Shown here one piece after another: positions 48,659-58,245 of a DNA stretch of 64,000 nucleotides (position 1 is the stretch's first letter; each line of letters opens with the position of its first letter). The stretch is taken from positions 81,538 to 145,537 of the forward strand of contig JBAZVM010000002.1 of the NCBI GenBank assembly GCA_041660885.1, read 5' to 3'. Made by a program: the position numbers and the translations under genes. The notes beneath the pieces are model-generated. The model saw nothing but the letters and a program-made list of their open reading frames with translations. It was not told the DNA's origin and did not search any database. The stretch comes from Patescibacteria group bacterium. GTDB taxonomy: Bacteria; Patescibacteriota; Patescibacteriia; UBA9570; JAHJKD01.

Positions 48659-51443
48659 TGCTGCCGATAACTTTATTATAAAATTTTTGCAATTGCTGGG
48701 GCGCGTCAGAAGGCATCATACCATTTGGGTGGGAAAGTATGAACAATAAATCATTTTTTTCTCCCATCACAGTTTCGCCGGCGCCGATCAGCGCATCTTC
48801 CTGAAATTTATTCCATTGCTTTTGCGTGGCTACGGTTACGGTGAATAATTCCACCTGATTATTTTTACAGCTGGTGCTGGCGTATCCGGTTTCTGTGGTT
48901 TTAAAACAATAAACATACTGCGCTTTGCCCCAATACGGTTCATCTAGAGTATTTATTTTGGTATTTACGGCATACTCGCCAAGATTCAAAGAAAATCCGT
49001 AATCCTCATTTAATATTTTATTATCGCTTACGGTCTCTTGGCTAGTATTAGAATTATTATTTGTATTTACTGCGACAGGAATATTGGTATTAATATTAGC
49101 ATTAGCGATTACGGTATCTTCCACAATAACCGTTGGCAAATTATTCAGGGAATCTTTAATTCGGCCGTAGACATTATAAAAATACAAGAAAAAAGCGCTC
49201 AATAAAATCAAGCTCAATAAAATTCCCAATATCAATAAAATTATTTTCTTTCTAAATAAAATTATAGGGAGAACAAAAATTATTACTGCTAAAGCTAAAA
49301 GTGAAATAGAAATCCAATCAAAACCGTTATTTACTTTTTTAGCAGGATAAGCGCCTACCACCATGTTCATTATACCGTTTAATCCTTCTTCATTGGCACC
49401 GACGGTTTTTAAAACCGGTTTTACTTCTTGGCCATCCACTATCAAGCCGGCTGTTTTATCGGATAGAGAAACTGTCGTTGTTAAAACGCTGCCATCTTTA
49501 ATTGGCACATTTTTATATTCGTATATTTCAAATTGGCTGCCGGTTTCCTGCGGGTAAGAAGTATAAATGTTCGCTTGCCCCATGGCCGTGCCCGCCATGA
49601 TTACTTCATAATTGCCATCTTTGGGCAAAATAAAGTAAGAGACAAAATCATTCGCGTCGCGATAGCGCACTTCTTGTAAAAAGCCGTCGGCCGTGGCAAT
49701 GGTATTGCCGTCTTTATCCAGTCCTATTTGCTGGCCCGTGTTTTTGTCGGTGACAGTAACGGCCACGGGGCAATCCACGATAATGCGCACTTTCTGAGAC
49801 ATATCCTGCCGCATCATGTTTTGAATCAAATACTTTCTTTGCACGGAAAATATTTCTTTGTTGGTGCGTTCCAGAGTGGCGGAAATTTTATTTTTTGTTT
49901 CCGTGGGCAGAGCTTTAAAGAACTTATCTTCTTCGTCGCTTAATTTAAATTCAAATTGTCCTTTTTTGGACATTTCGGAAAGAAGGTAATCCTGGCCGCA
50001 CATGGGATAATTCGGATTGCGGTCGCATCGAGCCGCGTTGGCTTGGCCTCCGCTCATTTGCTCCCATTGCTCTGTAGTGTAAATATCATGGCGATTATAA
50101 ATCCACGGATCAAACACCATTCCCGTATCCTGCCAAAGCGTGCCCGTGGGATACAGCACGGCCGCTTGGTGCCCGAAAAAATGTGATAAAGCGAAAAGTT
50201 CCACGGGGCCGAAATCAAAATAGCTCATCATCTTTCTTTCCGTGGCATCGTTGCTTAAACGCAAAGAATGAAAAACAGTCAGCACCTTTTCTTGAAAAGA
50301 TCCGCAGACATAAGGCTCGTACCGTTCCAACGCTCTTTGCCAGTAGGCCTCTTTTTCCGGATCCCAGGTGATCCACTTCATTAACGTGGCATTGCCCGTG
50401 CGCATATTGGTGACGCAATTGCCGCAATAGCTTCCTTCGGGCACGCGCGGGTTTAATTCCACCAAAGCTTCGTATTTATTAATAATGTATTGTTTTGCTT
50501 CTTCATAGCTTACGTCTCTAGAGCAATCAGATGGGCAATTTTTAATATTTTCTCCCACTTCAGATTCGCATTTCCAATTCCCGCACTGCAAGTTATACCC
50601 CGGCTTTAAATTAATCGTGGCTACGGGATTGCCGTGCGCGTGAGTCGCTTGCAAAGTCAGCTGGCCGCTTTTAAAATTCGGTGGCTGTTCAGCCGAAGCG
50701 TAAGTAAGCTTCACCTCTCCATTGGCATCGGTTGCCGCGGCCGAGGCCGTGATAGATCCTTCTTTGCTATCCTCCACTGTTGACCGGTCGTCGTTCAGAA
50801 CGAACCCGACGCTTTCATTGGCAGCGGGCGATCCGTTTTTTAAAACTAGCACTTTAAAATCCACGCTAGTTGCGCCATCGGCCACAACTTCCACCTCTTT
50901 CGGGCTGATGGTTACTTGCCAGCTATCTTCTTGCGAAATATTGGTATTTATATTTTGGCTTTCAATAGCAGAGTTTACATTGGTATTTTGCGCGGATGCG
51001 GCCAAATCATTACAGCAAGTAGAAAAATTAACATCGCATTGGTCGCGTTCGGCTTGTGGTGGTTTGCTTGCCTGACAATCGCGTACGCACTGGCAATAAG
51101 CCACGGCGCCATCCACCCAAACGGGATCGGTATACTGCGTCCAATAAGCGCGCAGATCTCCTTCCAACGGGCATTTATCCGGAGTGTCTAAAGCTTCATA
51201 ACGCACGATATCCCAGCATCCGCCGCGGCCGGTGCAAGCTATGTAATCATTATATTTAGTGTTATAAGCATCCACGCATGCGGCATCGGCGTCTCCGCAG
51301 GAATAAGAATCAGATGCCAAGTCAGTGGGAACAGCCACACCAATATCGCTGCAACTCCATTGATAAGCATAGCTTACGCCAGTAAAACAAAATAATAAAA
51401 AAATAGCCAAGAATAAATTAGCCGCAATTTTTTTTGTTTGCAT
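48642..51443 (-). CDS. Large secreted Cys-rich protein with transglutaminase-like core and Ig-like domain, C-terminal TM helices
   Basis: 933 aa. Signal peptide, many Cys in the N-terminal 150 aa. TGase-like C/H/D arrangement (YVCGSFQ...HFFGHQAAVLYPTGTLWQDTGMVFDPW). Two hydrophobic helices near the C-terminus. Confidence 0.65.
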   Translation of the reverse strand: MQTKKIAANLFLAIFLLFCFTGVSYAYQWSCSDIGVAVPTDLASDSYSCGDADAACVDAYNTKYNDYIACTGRGGCWDIVRYEALDTPDKCPLEGDLRAYWTQYTDPVWVDGAVAYCQCVRDCQASKPPQAERDQCDVNFSTCCNDLAASAQNTNVNSAIESQNINTNISQEDSWQVTISPKEVEVVADGATSVDFKVLVLKNGSPAANESVGFVLNDDRSTVEDSKEGSITASAAATDANGEVKLTYASAEQPPNFKSGQLTLQATHAHGNPVATINLKPGYNLQCGNWKCESEVGENIKNCPSDCSRDVSYEEAKQYIINKYEALVELNPRVPEGSYCGNCVTNMRTGNATLMKWITWDPEKEAYWQRALERYEPYVCGSFQEKVLTVFHSLRLSNDATERKMMSYFDFGPVELFALSHFFGHQAAVLYPTGTLWQDTGMVFDPWIYNRHDIYTTEQWEQMSGGQANAARCDRNPNYPMCGQDYLLSEMSKKGQFEFKLSDEEDKFFKALPTETKNKISATLERTNKEIFSVQRKYLIQNMMRQDMSQKVRIIVDCPVAVTVTDKNTGQQIGLDKDGNTIATADGFLQEVRYRDANDFVSYFILPKDGNYEVIMAGTAMGQANIYTSYPQETGSQFEIYEYKNVPIKDGSVLTTTVSLSDKTAGLIVDGQEVKPVLKTVGANEEGLNGIMNMVVGAYPAKKVNNGFDWISISLLALAVIIFVLPIILFRKKIILLILGILLSLILLSAFFLYFYNVYGRIKDSLNNLPTVIVEDTVIANANINTNIPVAVNTNNNSNTSQETVSDNKILNEDYGFSLNLGEYAVNTKINTLDEPYWGKAQYVYCFKTTETGYASTSCKNNQVELFTVTVATQKQWNKFQEDALIGAGETVMGEKNDLLFILSHPNGMMPSDAPQQLQKFYNKVIGSIEFTK

Positions 51444-51448
51444 ATTTT

Positions 51449-51925
51449 TTATACGAAAGTTTTATTAATCCAACTGCCGATATAATAGGTGGCAATTATT
51501 ACGACAACCGTAATCAATAAATGCTCGCCAATCACCATCCAAGCTTTTGCATGATCTTGCTTGGCGATATAAGCGCTGAAACCGACGATCAAAGAAAGCC
51601 CCCAAATAACGCAAATGATCACGGCCAAATTTAAAGGAAATATTAAAACCGGAACCAAAAAAGTTAAAGCAAAAATAAATTTCGCGCCAAAAGTGGCTAA
51701 AGTAGATTCCCAAATTTCTCTTACGGAATGTTTGTTTTCCGCTTCTTCTGAAACATGTACGCCCAAAGCATCAGAAAGAGCGTCAGTAATGGCGATAATC
51801 ATGATACCGCCGATAACCACGGCTTTAGAACCAGAGCTGGCATCCAAACCAATTATCAAACCAAGCGTGGTGATTATGCCTGAAGTCAGCCCGAAGCTGA
51901 AACCTTTTTTTAAAGATACTTTCAT
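51449..51925 (-). CDS. Small polytopic membrane protein, possibly VIT/CCC1-like (DUF125-type)
   Basis: 158 aa, 4-5 TM helices, Gly-rich helices. The family assignment is tentative. Confidence 0.4.
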   Translation of the reverse strand: MKVSLKKGFSFGLTSGIITTLGLIIGLDASSGSKAVVIGGIMIIAITDALSDALGVHVSEEAENKHSVREIWESTLATFGAKFIFALTFLVPVLIFPLNLAVIICVIWGLSLIVGFSAYIAKQDHAKAWMVIGEHLLITVVVIIATYYIGSWINKTFV

Positions 51926-52854
51926 ACAGTTTGTAACTTTTTCGCCTTTTTAATTTCCCAAATGGATAAAGCCAAAAAGAAACCTAAAATTAATGTGGTA
52001 TTTAACGGGGCCAACCAGTATGGATATTCTTTGCCAAAACTTTCCAAGATCATTATGCCGCCCAGCACGCCAATGGAATACATGGCTCCATTTTTCAAAT
52101 AAGCGAACTTGGCGATCAAATCAATGCCTTTTACCGTCAGTTGACGGACAACTACCGCGCCAATGCCATTACCAATCAATATTAATGGAACCGATAAAGT
52201 AAAAGCGAAAGCGCCGATCACGCCATCAATGGAAAACGAGGCGTCAAGAACTTCCAAGTATAATATTTTGCTCCAAGCGCTTAAATTTCCCTTTAGCAGC
52301 TCCTTTTCTTTTTTTTCCGCGTTTTGCTTAAAGCCGTCAGTTAAGAAAAAAGCGGCCGTGCCAATAGAAGCGGAAAGTGCCAGATAAGGATTTTCTTGCA
52401 AAGCAAAATAAATTACCGCCGTAAGCGTGATAGAGGCAATGGCATAGAACCACACTCCTTGTTTATGAATAAATTTTTCCACAAAAAAAGCATATTTCTT
52501 TTCTTCCAAGAATAACCAGCCTAGAAAAACAAAAAATAAGTATAAACCGCCGCCTAAGAGCAATAAAGGCTTTGTTTTATCTACATACTCAACTATTTTT
52601 TCATCCGAAGAAAAAGCAAAAGATGCTACTTCAATAAAAGAAAGGCTGGGAGCGGCAATCCAAACAATAATAAAAGGGAGTAGGCCGCGTACTAAAAAAA
52701 CCGCGATAATAATGCCCCAAAATAAAAAAATCTTGCGGTATTTATCCGGCAACGTTTTTAAAACCGAGGCGTTGATGACGGCGTTATCTACGCTGCTGAT
52801 TACTTCAAACAGGATTAAGCCGAAAACAACAATGATAATTGAAAATATTCCCAT
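51922..52854 (-). CDS. TerC/DUF475-family integral membrane protein
   Basis: 310 aa. Duplicated E..S.DN-type motifs (EVISSVDNAVINASVL and EVLDASFSIDGVIG). Confidence 0.55.
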   Translation of the reverse strand: MGIFSIIIVVFGLILFEVISSVDNAVINASVLKTLPDKYRKIFLFWGIIIAVFLVRGLLPFIIVWIAAPSLSFIEVASFAFSSDEKIVEYVDKTKPLLLLGGGLYLFFVFLGWLFLEEKKYAFFVEKFIHKQGVWFYAIASITLTAVIYFALQENPYLALSASIGTAAFFLTDGFKQNAEKKEKELLKGNLSAWSKILYLEVLDASFSIDGVIGAFAFTLSVPLILIGNGIGAVVVRQLTVKGIDLIAKFAYLKNGAMYSIGVLGGIMILESFGKEYPYWLAPLNTTLILGFFLALSIWEIKKAKKLQTV

Positions 52855-52881
52855 AAATTGCCCCTACATTGTAGAAATTTT

Positions 52882-53988
52882 TTATTGATCGGTCAATACC
52901 GGGGTAAACTGCCAATCTTCCGTAAAATCTACGGCTGAATAACCATCGTCAACATCTTCGTAGGTATAATGAAAATAATAATCCTCTCCCAGCAATTCCG
53001 GCTGTCTGCCCCGGGTGATTATTACCTGGTCTCCGGTGGCGGCCGCGAAATAATAAGAACGATTATAATCCGGCTGGCCTATGGTGGGGTCTACTTGCGT
53101 CCAACCCGTACCAGGCAAATATACTTCAGCCCAGTTATGCAGCATGTTGGTGTAATCCGTTTCTCCCTCGGTGTATACCAAACCAGTGATAAAGCGGGCT
53201 GGTATGCCGGACGCTCGGCATAAAGCAACATAATAATCGGAATAATCCGTGCAATCCCCTAATTCCGTGTACATGGCATTAAGTGCGCCGCCGTAAGTTA
53301 TATTTTTTTCATAATTCATGTTATCCGCCACATAGTTATAATAAATTTCCGCTTTTTCGCAATCCGTGCTTGCTCCTTCGGAAAGATCTCTGGCCAGTTC
53401 CATTATTTCCAAGTCGTCGGATTCGATATAAACCTCGGGATCTAAAAAAGTATTCGGCTTTTCACCCGTGCATTGATCTATGTAATCTACATATGAAGCC
53501 AGTTTTACCTGATAAATTATTTTTATTTCATGAATTTCTTCAGGCACATACTGCCCGTCGATGGCTTTCATGTAATTGAATGTAAATTTGGCAAATTGAT
53601 TCCCGTTTTCATCGCTTACCAGCTCATAACCGGATGGAGAAATTTCTCTGCTTAAAACTTGCTGATAATTATTTATAGTCGGCGCCAATGCCACCCATAC
53701 TTCCACATTCTTCGCGTCGTTCAGTCCGTAATTGGCGAAAGTCAAGGTTTCTACCAAATCATACTTTTTCGTTTCATAATATTCTTTATCTATTTCCCAC
53801 TCTGCTTGTTCATATTCTAAGTTCGTTACCTCTTCTATTTGCTCGTTAGTGTTGCTATTCGTTGTTTCTTCTTTGGGCGCTTCGCTTAGGAATAAATACA
53901 CGCCCAAGCCGAGGAATAATAGAATTGCCAATAAATCTAGAAATAAAAAAACAAATAGAAACCAAACTAAACACCCTTTTTTATTCAT
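52882..53988 (-). CDS. Membrane-anchored transglutaminase-like cysteine protease/TGase-family protein
   Basis: 368 aa. N-terminal TM. GDCTDYSDYYVALCRASGIPARFITG (Cys), HNWAEVYLPGTGWTQVDPT (His/Asp), the classic TGase-core triad. Confidence 0.8.
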   Translation of the reverse strand: MNKKGCLVWFLFVFLFLDLLAILLFLGLGVYLFLSEAPKEETTNSNTNEQIEEVTNLEYEQAEWEIDKEYYETKKYDLVETLTFANYGLNDAKNVEVWVALAPTINNYQQVLSREISPSGYELVSDENGNQFAKFTFNYMKAIDGQYVPEEIHEIKIIYQVKLASYVDYIDQCTGEKPNTFLDPEVYIESDDLEIMELARDLSEGASTDCEKAEIYYNYVADNMNYEKNITYGGALNAMYTELGDCTDYSDYYVALCRASGIPARFITGLVYTEGETDYTNMLHNWAEVYLPGTGWTQVDPTIGQPDYNRSYYFAAATGDQVIITRGRQPELLGEDYYFHYTYEDVDDGYSAVDFTEDWQFTPVLTDQ

Positions 53989-54055
53989 TTTCTAACTTTA
54001 TTTATAAACACTTCTAATATTATCATTACGATGATATAATATCAATCATAAAAAT

Positions 54056-54652
54056 ATGTTTTTATCGCTAGACCAAATATTCAATATCATTGTTGAATAC
54101 AGATATCTGTTATTTTTTCCGGCTGCCGTTGTTGAAGGCCCGATCGTAACAATTATCGCCGGTTTTCTCGTAGGCCAAGACATGATGAATTTCGCCATTG
54201 TGTATGTTATAGCCGTGGCCGGTGACGTGGCCGGAGATGTCCTTCATTACGCCATTGGCCGGTGGGGCAGGCAAAGCTTAATTGACAAATGGGGAAAATA
54301 TTTCGGCATAACCACGGCCAGAATAAAAAGCTTTGACAAGCATTTTAAAAACCACAGCGGTAAAACTTTACTGCTGGGAAAATTGGCGCATGGTGTAGGC
54401 GGCGTAATCTTGGCCGCGGCCGGCGCCAGCAAAGTGCCACTGAAAAAATTTATATTTTACAACACTATCGGCAGCATCCCTAAATCTCTGCTGCTCATAC
54501 TTATCGGTTTTTACTTTGGCCAAGCGTTTTACAGAATCAATAAATACTTAGACTATTTCGCTTTCAGTACTTTTGCTTTGGGAGTCTTGCTGCTTTTGGT
54601 TTATATGGGGGTTCTACGCTATGGAAAAAAAATAAAGAAAAAATTCTTTTAG
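54056..54652 (+). CDS. DedA/VTT-family membrane protein
   Basis: 198 aa. Signature GDVAGDVLHYAIGRWG. Confidence 0.8.
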   Translation: MFLSLDQIFNIIVEYRYLLFFPAAVVEGPIVTIIAGFLVGQDMMNFAIVYVIAVAGDVAGDVLHYAIGRWGRQSLIDKWGKYFGITTARIKSFDKHFKNHSGKTLLLGKLAHGVGGVILAAAGASKVPLKKFIFYNTIGSIPKSLLLILIGFYFGQAFYRINKYLDYFAFSTFALGVLLLLVYMGVLRYGKKIKKKFF

Positions 54653-55452
54653 AGGCTTTCCGTAAAATTTTGTATCGCCGCCGACACTTCCGAAAAATTA
54701 TTCAAGACAACGATATGATCGGCATTATCCAGCAATACCAGCTTGGATTTTTTTATTTTCTCCGCCATTTCCATGGAGTACTGCGCGGGAAAAATGGTAT
54801 CTTTTTTTCCGTGCACTATTAAAGTCGGGACGGTTATTTCTCCCAATAATCTTTCTTTATTAAAAGAATAGGCTTGCCTGGTGCAATACAAGTAAACCGG
54901 CAAACTGGTGTTTCTGATATCGGCTATGGACCGGCGTAAATTCCAATCTCCGGTATTTTCATAAAATGAATAATCCACCTGCCCTTTTATTTCATAAGAA
55001 AAAGGAAGGTATTTCATAATGCTCGTGACAGCTAAAAACGGTTTTATCACCTGAGCAATTTTTCTTTTTTGCACGGCGTAATTCGGACTTAAAAAAACCA
55101 CTGCTTTTATTTTATTTTGGTAAGAACTTAAAAATTCCAGAACTATCAACGCTCCGAATGAGTGCCCTATTAAAATAATATTTTCTAATTTTAAATATTC
55201 GATCAGATCATTAATGTCGTTTGCGAATTTACTTAGCGTATATTCTTCATATTTATTATGCTTGATGGATTTTCCATGGCCGCGAAGATCTAAGGAAACA
55301 ACATTATATTTTTCTTTAAATTTTTTTTCATAAGGAAGGAAAGCGGAAGAGCTGCCGGATAAACCGTGCACAAACAATAAAGTCGGCCGATCTTTTTTTA
55401 TGGCGTTGGCCTTATAATAAATATTTTTTTTAGGCTGTATGTATTCTTTCAT
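54649..55452 (-). CDS. Alpha/beta-hydrolase fold enzyme
   Basis: 267 aa. HGLSGS oxyanion, GHSFG nucleophile elbow, C-terminal His. Confidence 0.8.
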   Translation of the reverse strand: MKEYIQPKKNIYYKANAIKKDRPTLLFVHGLSGSSSAFLPYEKKFKEKYNVVSLDLRGHGKSIKHNKYEEYTLSKFANDINDLIEYLKLENIILIGHSFGALIVLEFLSSYQNKIKAVVFLSPNYAVQKRKIAQVIKPFLAVTSIMKYLPFSYEIKGQVDYSFYENTGDWNLRRSIADIRNTSLPVYLYCTRQAYSFNKERLLGEITVPTLIVHGKKDTIFPAQYSMEMAEKIKKSKLVLLDNADHIVVLNNFSEVSAAIQNFTESL

Positions 55453-56633
55453 TATTTTTGCAGAACCGAATAGTAAAAATTTTCCAGTTTATCAACGCTT
55501 TCGTTCAGATCATAATGCCGGCTCATTTTTAAGCTCTCTTCGCCCATTTTCTTCAAGTGTTCTTCGTTGGAAAAAATTTTTAACGCTTGTTTGGCTAAAT
55601 CCCTATGGCTTTTCGGTCTAAAAAGCAATCCATTTTTATGAACAAAATCCGCGGCCGCGCTTTTGTATGAGTTGGCTATCAGTATCGGCTTTCCGCAGGC
55701 CAAGGCTTCCAGCACCACCATACCCTCCAATTCCGCCAAAGAGGGCAGAACGAACAAGTCGCAAGCATTGTAAGCCAGCACCAGCTCTTTGCCTGTTACC
55801 CGTCCGCAAAAAGTAATATTATTGGCTATACCCAAGCCGGCCACTAATTTTTTTAATTGTTCTTCTAAATGGCCGAAGCCGACAATGAATAAATGAATGT
55901 CTTTTCTTTTTTGCAGCATTATGGGCAGAGCTTGGATAACAGTATCCACGTGCTTCTCCGGATGCAAACGACCGACAAAAAGGATATTTTTATCTTTCTT
56001 GGATAATTTAAATTTTGATAGAAATTTATCGGCGTTTATTTTCTTGAATCTGTTCGTGTCTACCCCGTTACTGATGATTATTTTCTTTTTATTTTTAAAT
56101 CGATAAGGAAATATTTTTTTGGCAAACGGAGAAGGAAAAATAACTGCGTCGGTTTTTTTATAAAGCCAAATCAAATAAGAATACCACATTTCATTAAGCA
56201 CGCCTTCGGCCAAAAATTTCGGCATATGCAAAAAAATATTTTCCGGCTGGCTATGAGAGTGGGAAATGCTTTTAATTCCCAATTCCCTGGCGGCTTTTAC
56301 CGCTATATATGCCGAAGGAAGAGGAAAAAATATGTGCACCAGATCTATTTTTTCATCCACTAAAATTTTCTTTATTTTTCTTTTACCGGGCCAAGAAATA
56401 TAAAGCTGGCCTTCCGATTTGGGGAGAAGAACGCCGCGAGAACGGTATATGGGTATGCCCTTTACCGTATTATTATGAGGATTTTTCGGGGATTTCGCCG
56501 CGATAAAAATAATATTATGGCCGCGTTCTTTTAAAAGCGTGGCAAAACGCATGGTGGAAACAATGGCTCCGGCCATTAGATCGGTTATGGGATCGCACAC
56601 CATGGCGATGTTCAATTTTCTGTGTTCGGCCAT
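55452..56633 (-). CDS. GT4-family glycosyltransferase
   Basis: 393 aa. EGMVVLEALACGKPIL E-x7-E motif. Confidence 0.85.
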   Translation of the reverse strand: MAEHRKLNIAMVCDPITDLMAGAIVSTMRFATLLKERGHNIIFIAAKSPKNPHNNTVKGIPIYRSRGVLLPKSEGQLYISWPGKRKIKKILVDEKIDLVHIFFPLPSAYIAVKAARELGIKSISHSHSQPENIFLHMPKFLAEGVLNEMWYSYLIWLYKKTDAVIFPSPFAKKIFPYRFKNKKKIIISNGVDTNRFKKINADKFLSKFKLSKKDKNILFVGRLHPEKHVDTVIQALPIMLQKRKDIHLFIVGFGHLEEQLKKLVAGLGIANNITFCGRVTGKELVLAYNACDLFVLPSLAELEGMVVLEALACGKPILIANSYKSAAADFVHKNGLLFRPKSHRDLAKQALKIFSNEEHLKKMGEESLKMSRHYDLNESVDKLENFYYSVLQK

Positions 56634-56638
56634 GGCTT

Positions 56639-58189
56639 TTATTTTTTATATTTTGCCAATTCTTCTTTCAGCTGCATCATTTTTATTTCTCTGTTGACCA
56701 TGGTTTTATTAAGCGTTGATAACTCTTCCACTTTCTCTCGCATTTTTTCTTCGTAGTTTCTTTGTTTGGTGATATCTTTAAATGATTCAATGGCGCCGAA
56801 TATTCCCTGCGCGTTGGTGAGCGGTCTGGCTGCGGTCAGCAGGCATAAATCCTTTTTATCGTAATGCTCTTTGGTTATCTCGCTAGAAAGAACAGGGCCG
56901 TTTATTTGAATTTTTCCGTATTTCTTAAATAAAGCGCTGTCCACATCTTTCATTAAAATAAAATCTGCGAGCATGGGTTGCTTTCTTCCGAAAAAAGGCA
57001 AAGCATATTCGTAATTGCCATGACCAATAATTTTTTCCGCTTTAATGCCGGTTAGCACTTCCATAGCCTTGTTCCATATTAGTACTTTATAGCTGGAATC
57101 TAAGACATAAGTGGGGTCGGGTAAAAAATCCACCACGTCTTTGAAAAACTTTTCCGCGTCTTTTAATGATTGCATTGTCTGCCGCTGTTTCGTGATATCA
57201 TATATGATGATAACAAATCCCTTTTTATTTTTTTGCTGGTCTGTCATTTCCACAGATTCGATTCTAATCCAATGGCTTAATCTTCCGGGGTTATACAGCT
57301 CCACTTCTTTTTTTTCTTTGATGATTTTTGAAAAATTTATATCTGGATCTGCTTTCTCAATGTCAATGTTCAACTCGATCCCTTCGCCGATTAATTCTTG
57401 CGCCGCGTGGTTGAAATCAATTATTTTTTTTTCGGAATCTAATACTATTATTCCGTTTTTCAAGCTATGGTAGGCTAAATCTTTGGCTGCCGGAATAATT
57501 TCTAACAATTTCAAACGTATAATACTGAAGGCGATAATAAATGAGGTGATGGTAAAAGCTATCGGCGCGATATCATAACCGCCTAATTTTTCCGCGCCTA
57601 AAATAATAAATGCGAAATTTGCACCCCAAGGAAAGAGCAGACAACCCACCAGCGCGACAGCTTGCCACTTTTGCATTCCTGAAGAAGTAAAAAAATACTT
57701 AATCAGCAAAATTACACCTATTATTAGGCAAATATAAATATAAAAAAGATTAACATAAAAAAAACTCCCACGTTCAAAAATGTGCATGCCGCTGGCGTTG
57801 GTATAAACGCTTTTCCAAAATAAATGATGGTAATCGTTAGTAACGATGATAATATAACATATCAGAGGGATAAACCATATGCCGTAATTGATTTTTTTAA
57901 TGATGCTTTTTTTCACAGAAACATAAGACATGGAAAATAACAGCCATAACGGACCAACAAGAACTTTACCAATATAACCGATAACGGACCAAAAAATAAT
58001 ATCATAATTACTGTCCGATATGCTCTCCACGCCAGTGGAAAAAGCCCATATGGCAAGCCCAAACAACAATATGGAAAAAAATGAACCTCCCCTAATATTT
58101 TTTCTAGACCAAAAATAACCGCTAAGCAGTAACACGGCACCAGCGTTGATAAAAAACAACAGGGAAAATATTGATAGACTTAAATGCAT
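56639..58189 (-). CDS. Membrane sensor protein: N-terminal 7TM receptor module plus two PAS domains, no kinase/output domain, C-terminal coiled coil
   Basis: 516 aa. About 7 TM helices in the first 230 aa. PAS-like cores (GIIVLDSEKKIIDFNHAAQELIG and YVLDSSYKVLIWNKAMEVLTG). Confidence 0.7.
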   Translation of the reverse strand: MHLSLSIFSLLFFINAGAVLLLSGYFWSRKNIRGGSFFSILLFGLAIWAFSTGVESISDSNYDIIFWSVIGYIGKVLVGPLWLLFSMSYVSVKKSIIKKINYGIWFIPLICYIIIVTNDYHHLFWKSVYTNASGMHIFERGSFFYVNLFYIYICLIIGVILLIKYFFTSSGMQKWQAVALVGCLLFPWGANFAFIILGAEKLGGYDIAPIAFTITSFIIAFSIIRLKLLEIIPAAKDLAYHSLKNGIIVLDSEKKIIDFNHAAQELIGEGIELNIDIEKADPDINFSKIIKEKKEVELYNPGRLSHWIRIESVEMTDQQKNKKGFVIIIYDITKQRQTMQSLKDAEKFFKDVVDFLPDPTYVLDSSYKVLIWNKAMEVLTGIKAEKIIGHGNYEYALPFFGRKQPMLADFILMKDVDSALFKKYGKIQINGPVLSSEITKEHYDKKDLCLLTAARPLTNAQGIFGAIESFKDITKQRNYEEKMREKVEELSTLNKTMVNREIKMMQLKEELAKYKK

Positions 58190-58245
58190 AAAATCATTAT
58201 AACATTTTAATAAAAAATAAAAAATACCACTAAAGAATGGCCAGT

